DNA of 64,000 bases. Source: Gammaproteobacteria bacterium. GTDB lineage: Bacteria; Pseudomonadota; Gammaproteobacteria; Chromatiales; Chromatiaceae. The DNA is taken from assembly GCA_021773975.1 (NCBI GenBank), contig JAJFJN010000012.1, positions 299 to 64,298 on the forward strand, given 5' to 3'. A program made the position numbers and the translations under genes. A model generated the notes under the pieces. That model saw only the letters and a list, made by a program, of their open reading frames with translations, had not been told where the DNA came from and did no database searches. Position 1 is the stretch's first letter; every line of letters begins with the position of its first letter. Below, in pieces: positions 47,375 through 56,208 of this stretch.

Positions 47375-48459
47375 GCCATAACCTGTTCATCTGTGATTGT
47401 TTGGTCATCTGTAAGCAAGGTAATAATGGCATCACCACTACATACGGTGGTGCGCTCAGGATTACACCGTACTTCACCATCAGCAACATAGGCCATTGGT
47501 ATCCCAATACCTGAAGTCACAAATTTACAGATAAGATCTTGCCAACATTGATTATGAAAGCTGATATCACAACGATGCATATGGGCATTGTCATGTGTAA
47601 AGAAATCCTCTAGCACCTCTTCTGTTCCCGGTGCAACCAGCGAGCGTACTAAAAACCCAGGATAGGCACGGATTGGACGTACTACAATATTTGCCCCCGC
47701 CCTTTGCAGACGCTTTCTATTATCATCATTGATTGCTTCTGCCAAAACCATAGCTTTAGTACCAATCTCCTTGATACGATCCAGCACATCAAACGTAAGG
47801 CTATCAGAGTGCTGATCAGTATGGTCACTTGCAACAACAATGATATAAGTGGCATCAGATACATTCACAGCAGATAGATTATCTGAATTTTCTGCATTAC
47901 CGGAAAAATGCACTACACCCAGCTCTGCAAGCTCTTTAGGAAGTGCCTCTTTAAATTTATCTGTCAGGATTTGAACTGGGTATTCTGACAGCGTGGGGGT
48001 AGCCCTGATTTGCTGAACCAGTTTACGTAGGTAATTATCTGAATCAATCGTTGGGGTATTGATAATCAGGATATGATCGTTCATATTCCATCTCCATCTG
48101 CCATATTTTTTTTCTGCACTAATCCACAATCGATGCTCAATAAACTCTGAAATAATATGAGCTAAAATAGAGATCCCTAAAGCATAGAGACAAACAACTG
48201 TAACGATACGTCCACCCGTGGTACTGGGGCTTATATCGCCATAGCCCACTGTGGTGATGGTTGTCACACCCATCCATAACGCATCACCTAATGACTGCCC
48301 TTCAAAAAACATCATGCCTGCTGCATCAACAAAGACAAGCAGAATCAAAAGAGCAACTAATTTTATAAGCCTGACAGAAAAGTCTGGCATGTTATGATCA
48401 GTATATTTACTGTAGCGACGTTTTTTCCAACGTCTATCCAACAAGTGAGAAAAGATCAA
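47362..48459 (-). CDS. 2-TM potassium channel with a cytoplasmic RCK/TrkA-N domain
   Basis: 365 aa with the selectivity filter TTITTVGYGDISP, followed by a Rossmann-like RCK region (HILIINTPT...). Confidence 0.8.
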   Translation of the reverse strand: MIFSHLLDRRWKKRRYSKYTDHNMPDFSVRLIKLVALLILLVFVDAAGMMFFEGQSLGDALWMGVTTITTVGYGDISPSTTGGRIVTVVCLYALGISILAHIISEFIEHRLWISAEKKYGRWRWNMNDHILIINTPTIDSDNYLRKLVQQIRATPTLSEYPVQILTDKFKEALPKELAELGVVHFSGNAENSDNLSAVNVSDATYIIVVASDHTDQHSDSLTFDVLDRIKEIGTKAMVLAEAINDDNRKRLQRAGANIVVRPIRAYPGFLVRSLVAPGTEEVLEDFFTHDNAHMHRCDISFHNQCWQDLICKFVTSGIGIPMAYVADGEVRCNPERTTVCSGDAIITLLTDDQTITDEQVMACLK

Positions 48460-48788
48460 CGAGGCTTGTCCTCATGAGTTTGGTAAAATTGATTCACTTC
48501 CTCTAATACTTTGCATTTAATCTCTGCCTCATCAGCTATCTCCAGGCCATAATGCTTGGCCAGCTGAACCAGCTCTTCCTGATTAAATGACAATCCAATG
48601 CGTGGCCGCTGTACTTTCACATAGGGCAATCCAATAATTTTGCGGACAATATCACTGGGCACTATAGATGCATCTGCTGCGTCATAACGGATTTTACGCA
48701 GCGTATCCTGCTGGAAGGTAAAGTGCATTTGTAGCTTGCGGAGAACACTCTTCTCCTTTGACCATTTGTTATTCACTTTACTGCTCAC
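48456..48788 (-). CDS. Hypothetical protein
   Basis: 110-aa ORF overlapping both neighbours by a few nt, which suggests translational coupling. No family recognised. Confidence 0.45.
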   Translation of the reverse strand: MSSKVNNKWSKEKSVLRKLQMHFTFQQDTLRKIRYDAADASIVPSDIVRKIIGLPYVKVQRPRIGLSFNQEELVQLAKHYGLEIADEAEIKCKVLEEVNQFYQTHEDKPR

Positions 48789-49407
48789 TGGGCCACATCT
48801 CCTCTATGACATCAACGGGGCAGAAAGCAACCAAAGAAACATCAGTATCACCGTCCCCCCATATTTCAACAGAGAGATAACGTGAATCTACATCGCCCAC
48901 GCATTCGTGATAACGCAGCTCTTCACCTTCATCATCTTCAGGGACTACTCCGCCACAATCTTTATTGTAGTAGTAGGCCTCACCCTCTTTCATGCGCTGG
49001 GTGTAACTATCTGCAAGCCAGCTTGCCAGCTCTGCGGGCTTCTCTTTTACGGTCAATGTAACGAACTCTTCACCCCAGAGTTCTGAAAACTCATTTTCAT
49101 CAAACAGGGTAAACAGTTTTTTCTCTGGCAGTTTAATAGAGAAACAGAGCAGTGGGTCACCATCATTATCATCAACAGAGAGATAGTAGGTTTTGCTGTC
49201 TTCACTACGCAGAGTAAGCTCTTTGGTAATCTCTGTTTCAGAGTATTGATAACCAGCTACCTTGGTAACTTCAAGCTGTTGACCCTGCAACTCATCTGGC
49301 AATGAACGGCGCTGTTTAAAGGCAATAATATCACCCACTTGCAACTGACTGGGTTCAGTTAATGCCCGAGGCCCACTTTTATCGCCACCAAAGATTTTTT
49401 TAAACAT
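48778..49407 (-). CDS. Hypothetical acidic protein associated with the PspA cluster (possibly YjfK/DUF-type)
   Basis: 209 aa lying immediately downstream of the pspA-like gene. The family assignment is a guess from position only. Confidence 0.45.
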   Translation of the reverse strand: MFKKIFGGDKSGPRALTEPSQLQVGDIIAFKQRRSLPDELQGQQLEVTKVAGYQYSETEITKELTLRSEDSKTYYLSVDDNDGDPLLCFSIKLPEKKLFTLFDENEFSELWGEEFVTLTVKEKPAELASWLADSYTQRMKEGEAYYYNKDCGGVVPEDDEGEELRYHECVGDVDSRYLSVEIWGDGDTDVSLVAFCPVDVIEEMWPSEQ

Positions 49408-49456
49408 TCATCTCACCTGAAAAGACAAAGGCGCCTTTCGGCGCCTTATAGGTTTG

Positions 49457-50155
49457 TTAGCCCACTTTCTGTTTTGCTTTAAGCTTCTCAAGAATAGAAC
49501 TCTTCTTGGAACCAGCAGAGCCGCCAAGGCCACTCTGTTTTAGACGGGCATCCAGATCATCGCCCTGCTCTTGCGTATCCATCCACTCACCGGCTTCCAT
49601 ATTGTCACGCCAGTTCTGCTGCTTGGCTTTGACTCTATCCAGGGCCTTTGAAACACGATGCTGACTGGAGCTGGTAGCGGCAACGTTATCAGAGATACTT
49701 GTCGTTGCCTTTTGCACCTCCTTTATAGTCTTTACCTTTTCCAGCTCGCGCTTGTTTTTCTGAATGATCTTTTCACGTGAACGGATCAGTTTATTGATGC
49801 CATTCACTTCACTCTCAAGCGTACTGTGCTCAGCACTTTTTTCATCACGTTCAGTGGCGATCTCTTCCAGGCGTCCGGCAACCTCTTCAGCCAGCGCCTC
49901 TTCACCCATATTCAAGGCTTCAATCGCTTTGGCTTCATAGTCATCATAGTCAGTGTTCAGACTATTGATTTCACGCTTCAATTTAATCTCAGAGCTTTTT
50001 AGACGGGTTAGGCTCTGTTTTGCTTTTGCGATGGCACTCTCTGCATCACGGACTTCCTGCTCAAGAATACGTATGGCATTGGCATCAACAATTGCCTCAC
50101 CAGCTTCACTGGCACCGCCACGCATGGCAGTAAAAATATCTTTTAGAATACTCAT
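49457..50155 (-). CDS. PspA/IM30-family protein (YjfJ-like)
   Basis: 232 aa, long coiled coil, with a PspA-like N-terminus (SILKDIFTAMRGGASEAGEAIVDANAIRILEQEVRDAE). Confidence 0.8.
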   Translation of the reverse strand: MSILKDIFTAMRGGASEAGEAIVDANAIRILEQEVRDAESAIAKAKQSLTRLKSSEIKLKREINSLNTDYDDYEAKAIEALNMGEEALAEEVAGRLEEIATERDEKSAEHSTLESEVNGINKLIRSREKIIQKNKRELEKVKTIKEVQKATTSISDNVAATSSSQHRVSKALDRVKAKQQNWRDNMEAGEWMDTQEQGDDLDARLKQSGLGGSAGSKKSSILEKLKAKQKVG

Positions 50156-50168
50156 ATTAAACCTCAGA

Positions 50169-50606
50169 TTATGCGAGTAAGGATTGGATGGCTTCTAAAA
50201 CATCAATCGTGTTTTCTGCCTGAACTTCCAATTCATGAACAATAATTTCAAAGCTGGTACCCAAGGCCATAGCACCAAACAGAATGTAGGTATCATCCTG
50301 CAAACCAAAAGCACTTAGCGGCACAGCTGGAGCAAGTTGCAATAACACTTTGTTGAGGTTATCAACTTCATTGGGTATCACCTCACTCACATTAAACAGC
50401 GGAGTAACAGCCAATAGTTGCGTATCCGTCTGTGCCAAATGAAGTGGAAACTCATCATTATTTGAGCAGACAACTTCCAGCACACCATTGTCCATCAGCA
50501 AGGCATCAAAGGAGGTGCCTTCATCCGTTACATGGTCGTTTAAACGAAACGCCAACTCTTCAAGCGTAATGGTCATACAATGCTCCTGTGTAGTATCGGC
50601 TGCCAT
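50169..50606 (-). CDS. Hypothetical cytoplasmic protein, in the YjfI-like position upstream of the pspA-like gene
   Basis: 145-aa acidic ORF. The family was not verified. Confidence 0.45.
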   Translation of the reverse strand: MAADTTQEHCMTITLEELAFRLNDHVTDEGTSFDALLMDNGVLEVVCSNNDEFPLHLAQTDTQLLAVTPLFNVSEVIPNEVDNLNKVLLQLAPAVPLSAFGLQDDTYILFGAMALGTSFEIIVHELEVQAENTIDVLEAIQSLLA

Positions 50607-50656
50607 AATATGGCAGTTACCCTGAAAGATATGTCATATTATGACATGCGTCAAAT

Positions 50657-52381
50657 CTAATTTTTCATATTTGCAAAAAAAACGCCATTCTGTTTTGCCC
50701 AGGCCTCATGGTGATACTGATAAACTTGATGGCTCCCCAGACGATTAATCTCAATGTTTTCAGCGCCTTCAAAGTAGGAGGGTGCAAAAATAAATGCCGC
50801 CTCTAATATCGCCTTTGAGAGCCAGGGATTTATTACCGGCAGTTCACTGATCTGAGCCATCCGTTGTGATGGCATCATCCCCCGGACTGTTCCAATCGTC
50901 CAGCCCCACTCCCCAAAGGTCGGCACATTAGTATGATATTGCTCGGTTAAATAGCCCGCCGCACGCATTGTTTTCCCAATAGAAACAAAGGCTTTCTTTG
51001 CATGATAGGGTGATGTCGACTGCACGACTATCGCCCCATCACCTGAAAGCAGCTCTTTAAGACGGGCATAAAAGAAATCGGAATAGAGCTTATTCAGATC
51101 AGGATGACTGGGGTCAGGAAGATCAACAATAATGCTGTCAAAATGACGCCCTTCCGAGACCAGTTTCTCCACCTCAATAAAGGCATCACCAATAATGATC
51201 GATACCCTTGGATCATTAAAGGCATCCTGATTCAAACTCAACAACGCCTGCTCAACATCAGCCGGTGCATCAGGATCTTCTCCTTTGAAGAGAGAGACCA
51301 TGCCTTCGTCCAAATCAATCAGCGTTACACGCTTGGGATTCCAACGCAAGATATCCCGCACCGCCATACCATCACCACCGCCTATCACCAGCACATTGTC
51401 ATGCCGAGCAGATGAGAGCAGGGCAGGATAGGTCAGATAACTGTGGTAGATATTCTCATCACTGCTGGAAAACTGTAGCCGCCCATTGATATAGAGGCTC
51501 AACAAGCTGGGCAACCCCTGCCCTACATGGCGACGGGTCACTGTAAGGTGCTGATAGGGTGTCACCTTACTGTAGATCGGTGTGTCCTTAAACAGGGTGT
51601 AGTTCATCTGTAGAACCCAACCACTGCCATTCAAAGCCAACACAAGCAAAACAATAGCCAGCCCTGCATGTACAATCCAGAGCCGAATAGGCCGAATAAT
51701 TTCTGACTGATAACGCCAGAGAAAGATCAGGCCAACGACCAGGTTAACGGCTGCTGTCCCTATTGCCGCCGTCATAATCGGAATATTGAGACAGACGCCC
51801 ACCCAGATCGCTGCGCCAATCCCAGCACCAATATAGTCAGCACCATAGATGGTGCCGATATTGTGAGCCAAGTGTTTGCCATGAACCTGCTCACGTATTC
51901 GTGCAATCAGTGGGATCTCCATCCCGATCATTGCACCTAATATAAATCCAGCAACAAAGGGGGTATAGAAGGCAATATTTTGCAGTGCAGCAATGACACC
52001 ACCGTCTGTAGTAATCGAAGGGTGCAGCCCATAGATCTGCTGCAACCACACCGGCAGGGTGTATGTGAGGGCAAGCATCCCTGCCATTATTAGAATGGAG
52101 CAGCCACCCAATAGACCGATGCCTACCTCAAGCCAGGCAAAGCCGGTAAAGGGGCATTTAACCCATCGAGCCAGAAAGGCGCCAATCCCCATCGCCACAA
52201 TCATGATGCCAATCATGGCGTAGATGGTGCTCTCTACCGCACCAAGAATGCGCCCTGCATAGTGCGCTAATAGATACTCATAAATCAGTCCGCATCCGGC
52301 CAAGATCAGCATACTGCCGATCAGCAGTACATCATGGCCTAATAACCGCCTGGGTGACGGAGCAGTGGCTTCCATAGTCAA
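50657..52381 (-). CDS. Membrane-fused spermidine/spermine synthase-like aminopropyltransferase
   Basis: 574 aa. About 7 N-terminal TM helices are followed by a SpeE-type domain (VLVIGGGDGMAVRDILRW, IIVDLPDP). Confidence 0.8.
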   Translation of the reverse strand: MTMEATAPSPRRLLGHDVLLIGSMLILAGCGLIYEYLLAHYAGRILGAVESTIYAMIGIMIVAMGIGAFLARWVKCPFTGFAWLEVGIGLLGGCSILIMAGMLALTYTLPVWLQQIYGLHPSITTDGGVIAALQNIAFYTPFVAGFILGAMIGMEIPLIARIREQVHGKHLAHNIGTIYGADYIGAGIGAAIWVGVCLNIPIMTAAIGTAAVNLVVGLIFLWRYQSEIIRPIRLWIVHAGLAIVLLVLALNGSGWVLQMNYTLFKDTPIYSKVTPYQHLTVTRRHVGQGLPSLLSLYINGRLQFSSSDENIYHSYLTYPALLSSARHDNVLVIGGGDGMAVRDILRWNPKRVTLIDLDEGMVSLFKGEDPDAPADVEQALLSLNQDAFNDPRVSIIIGDAFIEVEKLVSEGRHFDSIIVDLPDPSHPDLNKLYSDFFYARLKELLSGDGAIVVQSTSPYHAKKAFVSIGKTMRAAGYLTEQYHTNVPTFGEWGWTIGTVRGMMPSQRMAQISELPVINPWLSKAILEAAFIFAPSYFEGAENIEINRLGSHQVYQYHHEAWAKQNGVFFANMKN

Positions 52382-52391
52382 CTAGAGAGCA

Positions 52392-53279
52392 CTACCCAAG
52401 CAGAGAGCTTACAATCAACCCAACTGCAATAAAGAGCGAAGCCTCAATGCAGGCCACACCGACATTCTGCTGATCATCCACCTCTTCAACCACATTAATA
52501 TTGATCAACACAGCATGACGGGCAAGTGCAGCAAGCCCACTGATCAGTGCTGTAATAACCAAAGCAACAAACAACCAGTTGAAGACCAGCCCAACTATTG
52601 CAAGCGAGTGAAAAGCAACCAAACCAGAAGCAGCTTTAACACCAAATGCTGCACTCATAAGGTGTCCAAAATAACGAATGGCCAGCGCACTATTACCATT
52701 CTCAAGTGCCTGTTGCAGAACCTCTCCGTTATGCCGTTTCTCGTAGATTCGGCCACGCAAGCGGGTAACTGCCAGCAGTACAATCTGCGCCACAAAGAAG
52801 ACCAGGATCACAGAAAAGACACCTGTCCATGTATCAGACTCAACCCAATGAGCTGCGGTATTGATGATCAAACCCAGTGCAATCAGATTGGCCGCCTGCA
52901 CAATACCCGCCGCAATATTATTTTCATGCACCTGCTGTTTCAGTGAGAAGTGATGGAAGATCACCTGATCATTAATGATCGTTCCTACCTTCAATAACAC
53001 AATACCAACAACGGCATAAATGAGTACATTCCAGGCCTCAGCCAACAGTCCGGCAGATGCCTCACCACTCACTGCACCTGCTAAAACCAAAGCCAATGCC
53101 AAGGTGCCACCCGCCACCGAGATGCCAAAGGCGTAGTTGTCTCGCGTTGCCAGTTCAGTTGTTGTATCCACACCTGCCAGCAAGCCTTGAAGGTAACGCA
53201 ACGCACAGATAGCACCCACGGCAATAAGCAGATCAATAAAGATAATACCAACCGCCCATAGTGAAAAATCATTATTCAT
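52392..53279 (-). CDS. Multi-TM membrane protein, likely a duplicated DUF350/YjfL-type domain
   Basis: 295 aa with about 8 TM helices. The position and composition resemble YjfL-family proteins. Assignment is tentative. Confidence 0.5.
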   Translation of the reverse strand: MNNDFSLWAVGIIFIDLLIAVGAICALRYLQGLLAGVDTTTELATRDNYAFGISVAGGTLALALVLAGAVSGEASAGLLAEAWNVLIYAVVGIVLLKVGTIINDQVIFHHFSLKQQVHENNIAAGIVQAANLIALGLIINTAAHWVESDTWTGVFSVILVFFVAQIVLLAVTRLRGRIYEKRHNGEVLQQALENGNSALAIRYFGHLMSAAFGVKAASGLVAFHSLAIVGLVFNWLFVALVITALISGLAALARHAVLININVVEEVDDQQNVGVACIEASLFIAVGLIVSSLLG

Positions 53280-53299
53280 TTTGTTTCTCCGGTACTAAA

Positions 53300-54298
53300 T
53301 TATTTTCCGCCACTAAAGCTGCGGCTGGTGCGTGAATATGAGCTACGAGCACTTGATTGGCTGGAACGGCTTTTGGCAAATTTACTCGGTGTTTTAAAGC
53401 TGCTCCGTTTGCTCTTGCTTGAAAACTTGTTTGCAGATTTAACAGCGCTTCGCTTAGCCGTAGTCGATCCACCTGCCCTCGTTTTGGCATAAGGGCTTTT
53501 GAATGACTTGCCACTTTTTTGAAACTTCTGTTTTGTCTTGGTCGCCTGAGCCTGCTGACCCTTACGCTGTGAAGGTGAGGTGTAGTAATTACGCCCGTAA
53601 TCGCTGTAGTAACTATAGCCACGGTTACCTGCCCAACTACCATAATGGATAGGCGAGCTAAAGAGATTACTGAACATAGCGTACATGCCATACCACTCCC
53701 AAAAGGAGCGTCCCTGGCTGTCTTGCTTCCAACCACCATAATTGGGATTACCTACCAACTGGCTGCCTGGCCCATAATCACCGGCTTGATTGGCCTGAAG
53801 CGTGGCTTCCTTACTCATCGCCTCAACACGCGCCAACTTGCCCTTCGACATATCGGCCAACACATTGATGGGATCGGTCAGCATCATGCCAAACAGCACC
53901 GGATCAGCTGCCACTTGAATCGCATTCAACTCCTGCTGTAGCTCAAGCACTGCTTTTTCACCCCCTTTGACCGCTTGGGGGACAGCCTTGGTTGCACTCT
54001 CCAGCCGCTCTTGTAATCCTTTTACAATAGGGCCATTCACTGTTGCATCAGTTGCCAATGTATCAACAATCTCACGTAGATCTGGAGATTGCTGTTTTAC
54101 AACATCCGCATAAGATTTCAGCAACTTGGTATTTCTAATAGATTGCTGATCAATCTTAACCACTAGCCGCTTTACTTCAGCCGCTGCTTCAGATGCCCCT
54201 GACTGAAGCGACTGTTGCCACAGCTCTTCATCCGAAGTACATCCACTGAGTCCAAGCTGGACAAGCAAAAGGACGCACATCATCGAGATAATTCTCAT
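53300..54298 (-). CDS. Lipoprotein with a helical N-terminal half and a basic Ser/Lys/Arg-rich C-terminal tail
   Basis: The internal Met gives MRIISMMCVLLLVQLGLSGC, with an LSGC lipobox. The C-terminal ~110 aa are low complexity (KSFKSPYAKTRAGGSTTAKRSAVKSANKFSSKSKRSSFKTPSKFAKSRSS...). It may be YjfM/DUF1190-like. Confidence 0.55.
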   Translation of the reverse strand: MRIISMMCVLLLVQLGLSGCTSDEELWQQSLQSGASEAAAEVKRLVVKIDQQSIRNTKLLKSYADVVKQQSPDLREIVDTLATDATVNGPIVKGLQERLESATKAVPQAVKGGEKAVLELQQELNAIQVAADPVLFGMMLTDPINVLADMSKGKLARVEAMSKEATLQANQAGDYGPGSQLVGNPNYGGWKQDSQGRSFWEWYGMYAMFSNLFSSPIHYGSWAGNRGYSYYSDYGRNYYTSPSQRKGQQAQATKTKQKFQKSGKSFKSPYAKTRAGGSTTAKRSAVKSANKFSSKSKRSSFKTPSKFAKSRSSQSSARSSYSRTSRSFSGGK

Positions 54299-54315
54299 AG
54301 CTCTCCCGTAGATCA

Positions 54316-54753
54316 TCATGAATTTTGTATCGCTACCTCACCCAGCACTGAAGGAGTCAGACTGAAGTTGAGAAGTTGAGAAGTTGAGAGGTTCGCAGGA
54401 ACATTCCCTGCATTGATAGGCAGACCGCGTTCAATGCTTTGCACCGAGGTCACGGCATCTGGACAGGCAGCGGTAATGACATCAGCCGCCTGCATAGGCT
54501 TGCAGTCGCCACACATAAAAATGTCGAAGGCGGCATAATCATGCTCAGGCCAGGTATGCACCGTAATATGAGACTCGGCCAAAAGCACAACCCCGGTTAT
54601 GCCCTTGCCTGCGCCAAAGGGATGAAAATGAGCCTGCAACACAGAGGCACCACCCGCTTCTGCTGCAGATACAAGCAGTGTCTCCAGCTCCTGCTCACTG
54701 AGATGGGCATGCCGGCCCTGACATTCAATAATTAGATGATGACCAATATTCAA
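54316..54753 (-). CDS. speD: S-adenosylmethionine decarboxylase proenzyme (small, pyruvoyl-dependent bacterial type)
   Basis: 145 aa with the self-cleavage/active-site motif LLAESHITVHTWPE. Confidence 0.8.
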   Translation of the reverse strand: MNIGHHLIIECQGRHAHLSEQELETLLVSAAEAGGASVLQAHFHPFGAGKGITGVVLLAESHITVHTWPEHDYAAFDIFMCGDCKPMQAADVITAACPDAVTSVQSIERGLPINAGNVPANLSTSQLLNFSLTPSVLGEVAIQNS

Positions 54754-54832
54754 CAGTTACCTCACTTTGCCTGCGTCATAATATGACGTAGGGTATAGCT
54801 AACCAGCGATTTGTCAATCAATAGACTAAAGT

Positions 54833-55303
54833 CTATTCCTCTAAAAGCACCACCGCGTAACTGGCAATCCCCTCCCCGCGCCCGGCAAAACCCATCTTCT
54901 CCGTCGTCGTGGCCTTAATATTGACATGAGATTCGCCAATCTGAAGATCAGCAGCAAGACGTTCCCGCATGGTAGGAATGTGCGGAGCAAGCTTGGGCGC
55001 CTGCGCCACAATGGTGGTATCCACATTATGCACCCGCAGTCCCATCCCGTGCAGCAACTCCACCACCCGGCGCAGCAGGATACGACTATCGATATCTTTA
55101 AAATCATCGCTGTTATCAGGAAAGTGCCGACCAATATCACCCTGCCCCGCCGCACCCAGCAGCGCATCACACAGAGCGTGAATCAGAACGTCACCATCCG
55201 AATGAGCAGCCATTCCCAGACCATGTTCTATCTCAACCCCACCCAACACCAACCGCCGATCGGCAGCAAAACGGTGTGCATCATAACCCTGACCGATGCG
55301 CAT
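54833..55303 (-). CDS. ispF: 2-C-methyl-D-erythritol 2,4-cyclodiphosphate synthase
   Basis: 156 aa with MRIGQGYDAHRF...HSDGDVLIHALCDALLGA. Confidence 0.92.
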   Translation of the reverse strand: MRIGQGYDAHRFAADRRLVLGGVEIEHGLGMAAHSDGDVLIHALCDALLGAAGQGDIGRHFPDNSDDFKDIDSRILLRRVVELLHGMGLRVHNVDTTIVAQAPKLAPHIPTMRERLAADLQIGESHVNIKATTTEKMGFAGRGEGIASYAVVLLEE

Positions 55304-55910
55304 AACTCTTTACCTGTATTTAAAAGCCGGAGGGTGATTATCCTTAAAAGTGGGGAAAGTTGCATTAGTGTTGATTTGTTTGAGCCAACACTTTGTTTTT
55401 AATGGCACAAGCCCCAGATAAGTGACGGAGATACTTTAGCGATAAAACAGGAAGCAGTAGAACGGGAATTGATAGAAAGGGCTAAAAACGCCTTTCAGGC
55501 GCCTTCAGGGCAACGCATCGGAAATGTGGTCTTTGCTGAATTGGTCAAGGCTGTTGAAGTAGTAAAACAATCAAGGGAATAAACAAAAAAGGGGAAAATT
55601 ATAAAACTATAACGCCCCCGATAGCATTAGCTACCTTTCACGGTCATCGGCTCTTCAGCCTGTACCGCATATCCAAATTATCATGCAGATAGAAAATTAC
55701 ATAGAGAAAAAATAGAAGGATATTACTGGTTCTGAATTAAATTCAAAATAAACCACAAAAGCACTTCCCCCTGAAGACGCTTTTTCGTATCCTCTCAGGA
55801 AGATTAGAAATCCTGCTCACCTACGCCAATAGATGAGCAGGGTGTGGGTATCATTTTAGAGGCGACTCCCCACTTGTGTCTTAACTAACGACACCGTCAA
55901 TATAGAATAT

Positions 55911-55930
55911 GTTTGCATTCCAATGCAAAC
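55911..55930. repeat. 20-bp palindrome GTTTGCATT-CC-AATGCAAAC
   Basis: Perfect 9-bp arms with a 2-bp spacer, read directly. It is followed by TTTTGCATTG, which repeats half of the motif. It lies in an ORF-free region ~70 bp upstream of a small SD-preceded ORF. Confidence 0.6.
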
Positions 55931-55997
55931 TTTTGCATTGATTAATTCTTGGTCGCCTCGCTTTTAATTGATTTCTAACGAAACCAGGAGGTGATAT

Positions 55998-56096
55998 TTG
56001 GCAGTTGATAAATCCAAACCTAAAACCCCACGAAGTTGGGGATTCTGGCTAAAGTGGCGGAGTTTCTCTTTCCGCTTCCGTAGAAAATCCAAATAA
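55998..56096 (+). CDS. Candidate 32-aa highly basic, Trp/Phe-rich small protein
   Basis: A consensus SD AGGAGG (55986-55991) lies 6 nt before a TTG start. The product is MAVDKSKPKTPRSWGFWLKWRSFSFRFRRKSK. An in-frame TGA sits immediately upstream, and a hairpin plus T-rich tract follows. There is no homology evidence. Confidence 0.3.
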   Translation: MAVDKSKPKTPRSWGFWLKWRSFSFRFRRKSK

Positions 56097-56110
56097 ATTT
56101 TAAATTTTGG

Positions 56111-56152
56111 CTCCCCCCCTCTGCAAATTAGCAGGGGGGTTAGCTCCTTTTC
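56111..56152 (+). terminator. Candidate intrinsic terminator after the small ORF
   Basis: The sequence GCTCCCCCCCTCTGC-AAATTA-GCAGGGGGGTTAGC forms an imperfect GC-rich stem (CCCCCC/GGGGGG plus TGC/GCA). It is followed by TCCTTTTCTTT. Confidence 0.4.
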
Positions 56153-56208
56153 TTTGCAAGGATTATTGCGAGATACAAAGCTAACCCCACTATCACAAGA
56201 CTAAGCCC

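Noticed and set aside
53272-53739. 155-aa ORF overlapping the 3' end of the lipoprotein gene on the same strand
   Set aside because: It is an out-of-frame artefact of the low-complexity Ser/Lys/Arg-coding tract, with no independent start signals.
54841-55402. ORFs 54841-55170 (-), 54926-55402 (+) and 54969-55181 (+) overlapping ispF
   Set aside because: ispF is unambiguous. These are alternative-frame or antisense shadows.
55407-55580. 58-codon open frame (…DTLAIKQEAVERELIERAKNAFQAPSGQRIGNVVFAELVKAVEVVKQSRE) upstream of ispF
   Set aside because: There is no ATG/GTG/TTG start after the upstream stop and no recognisable family. It is mentioned only as a possible gene remnant.
56030-56060. GGGGATTCTGG, which loosely recalls the 5' end of tmRNA
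   Set aside because: No tRNA-like acceptor/T-arm partner, no tag reading frame and no CCA-proximal GGTTCGA-type sequence lies nearby. The segment is inside the small basic ORF.
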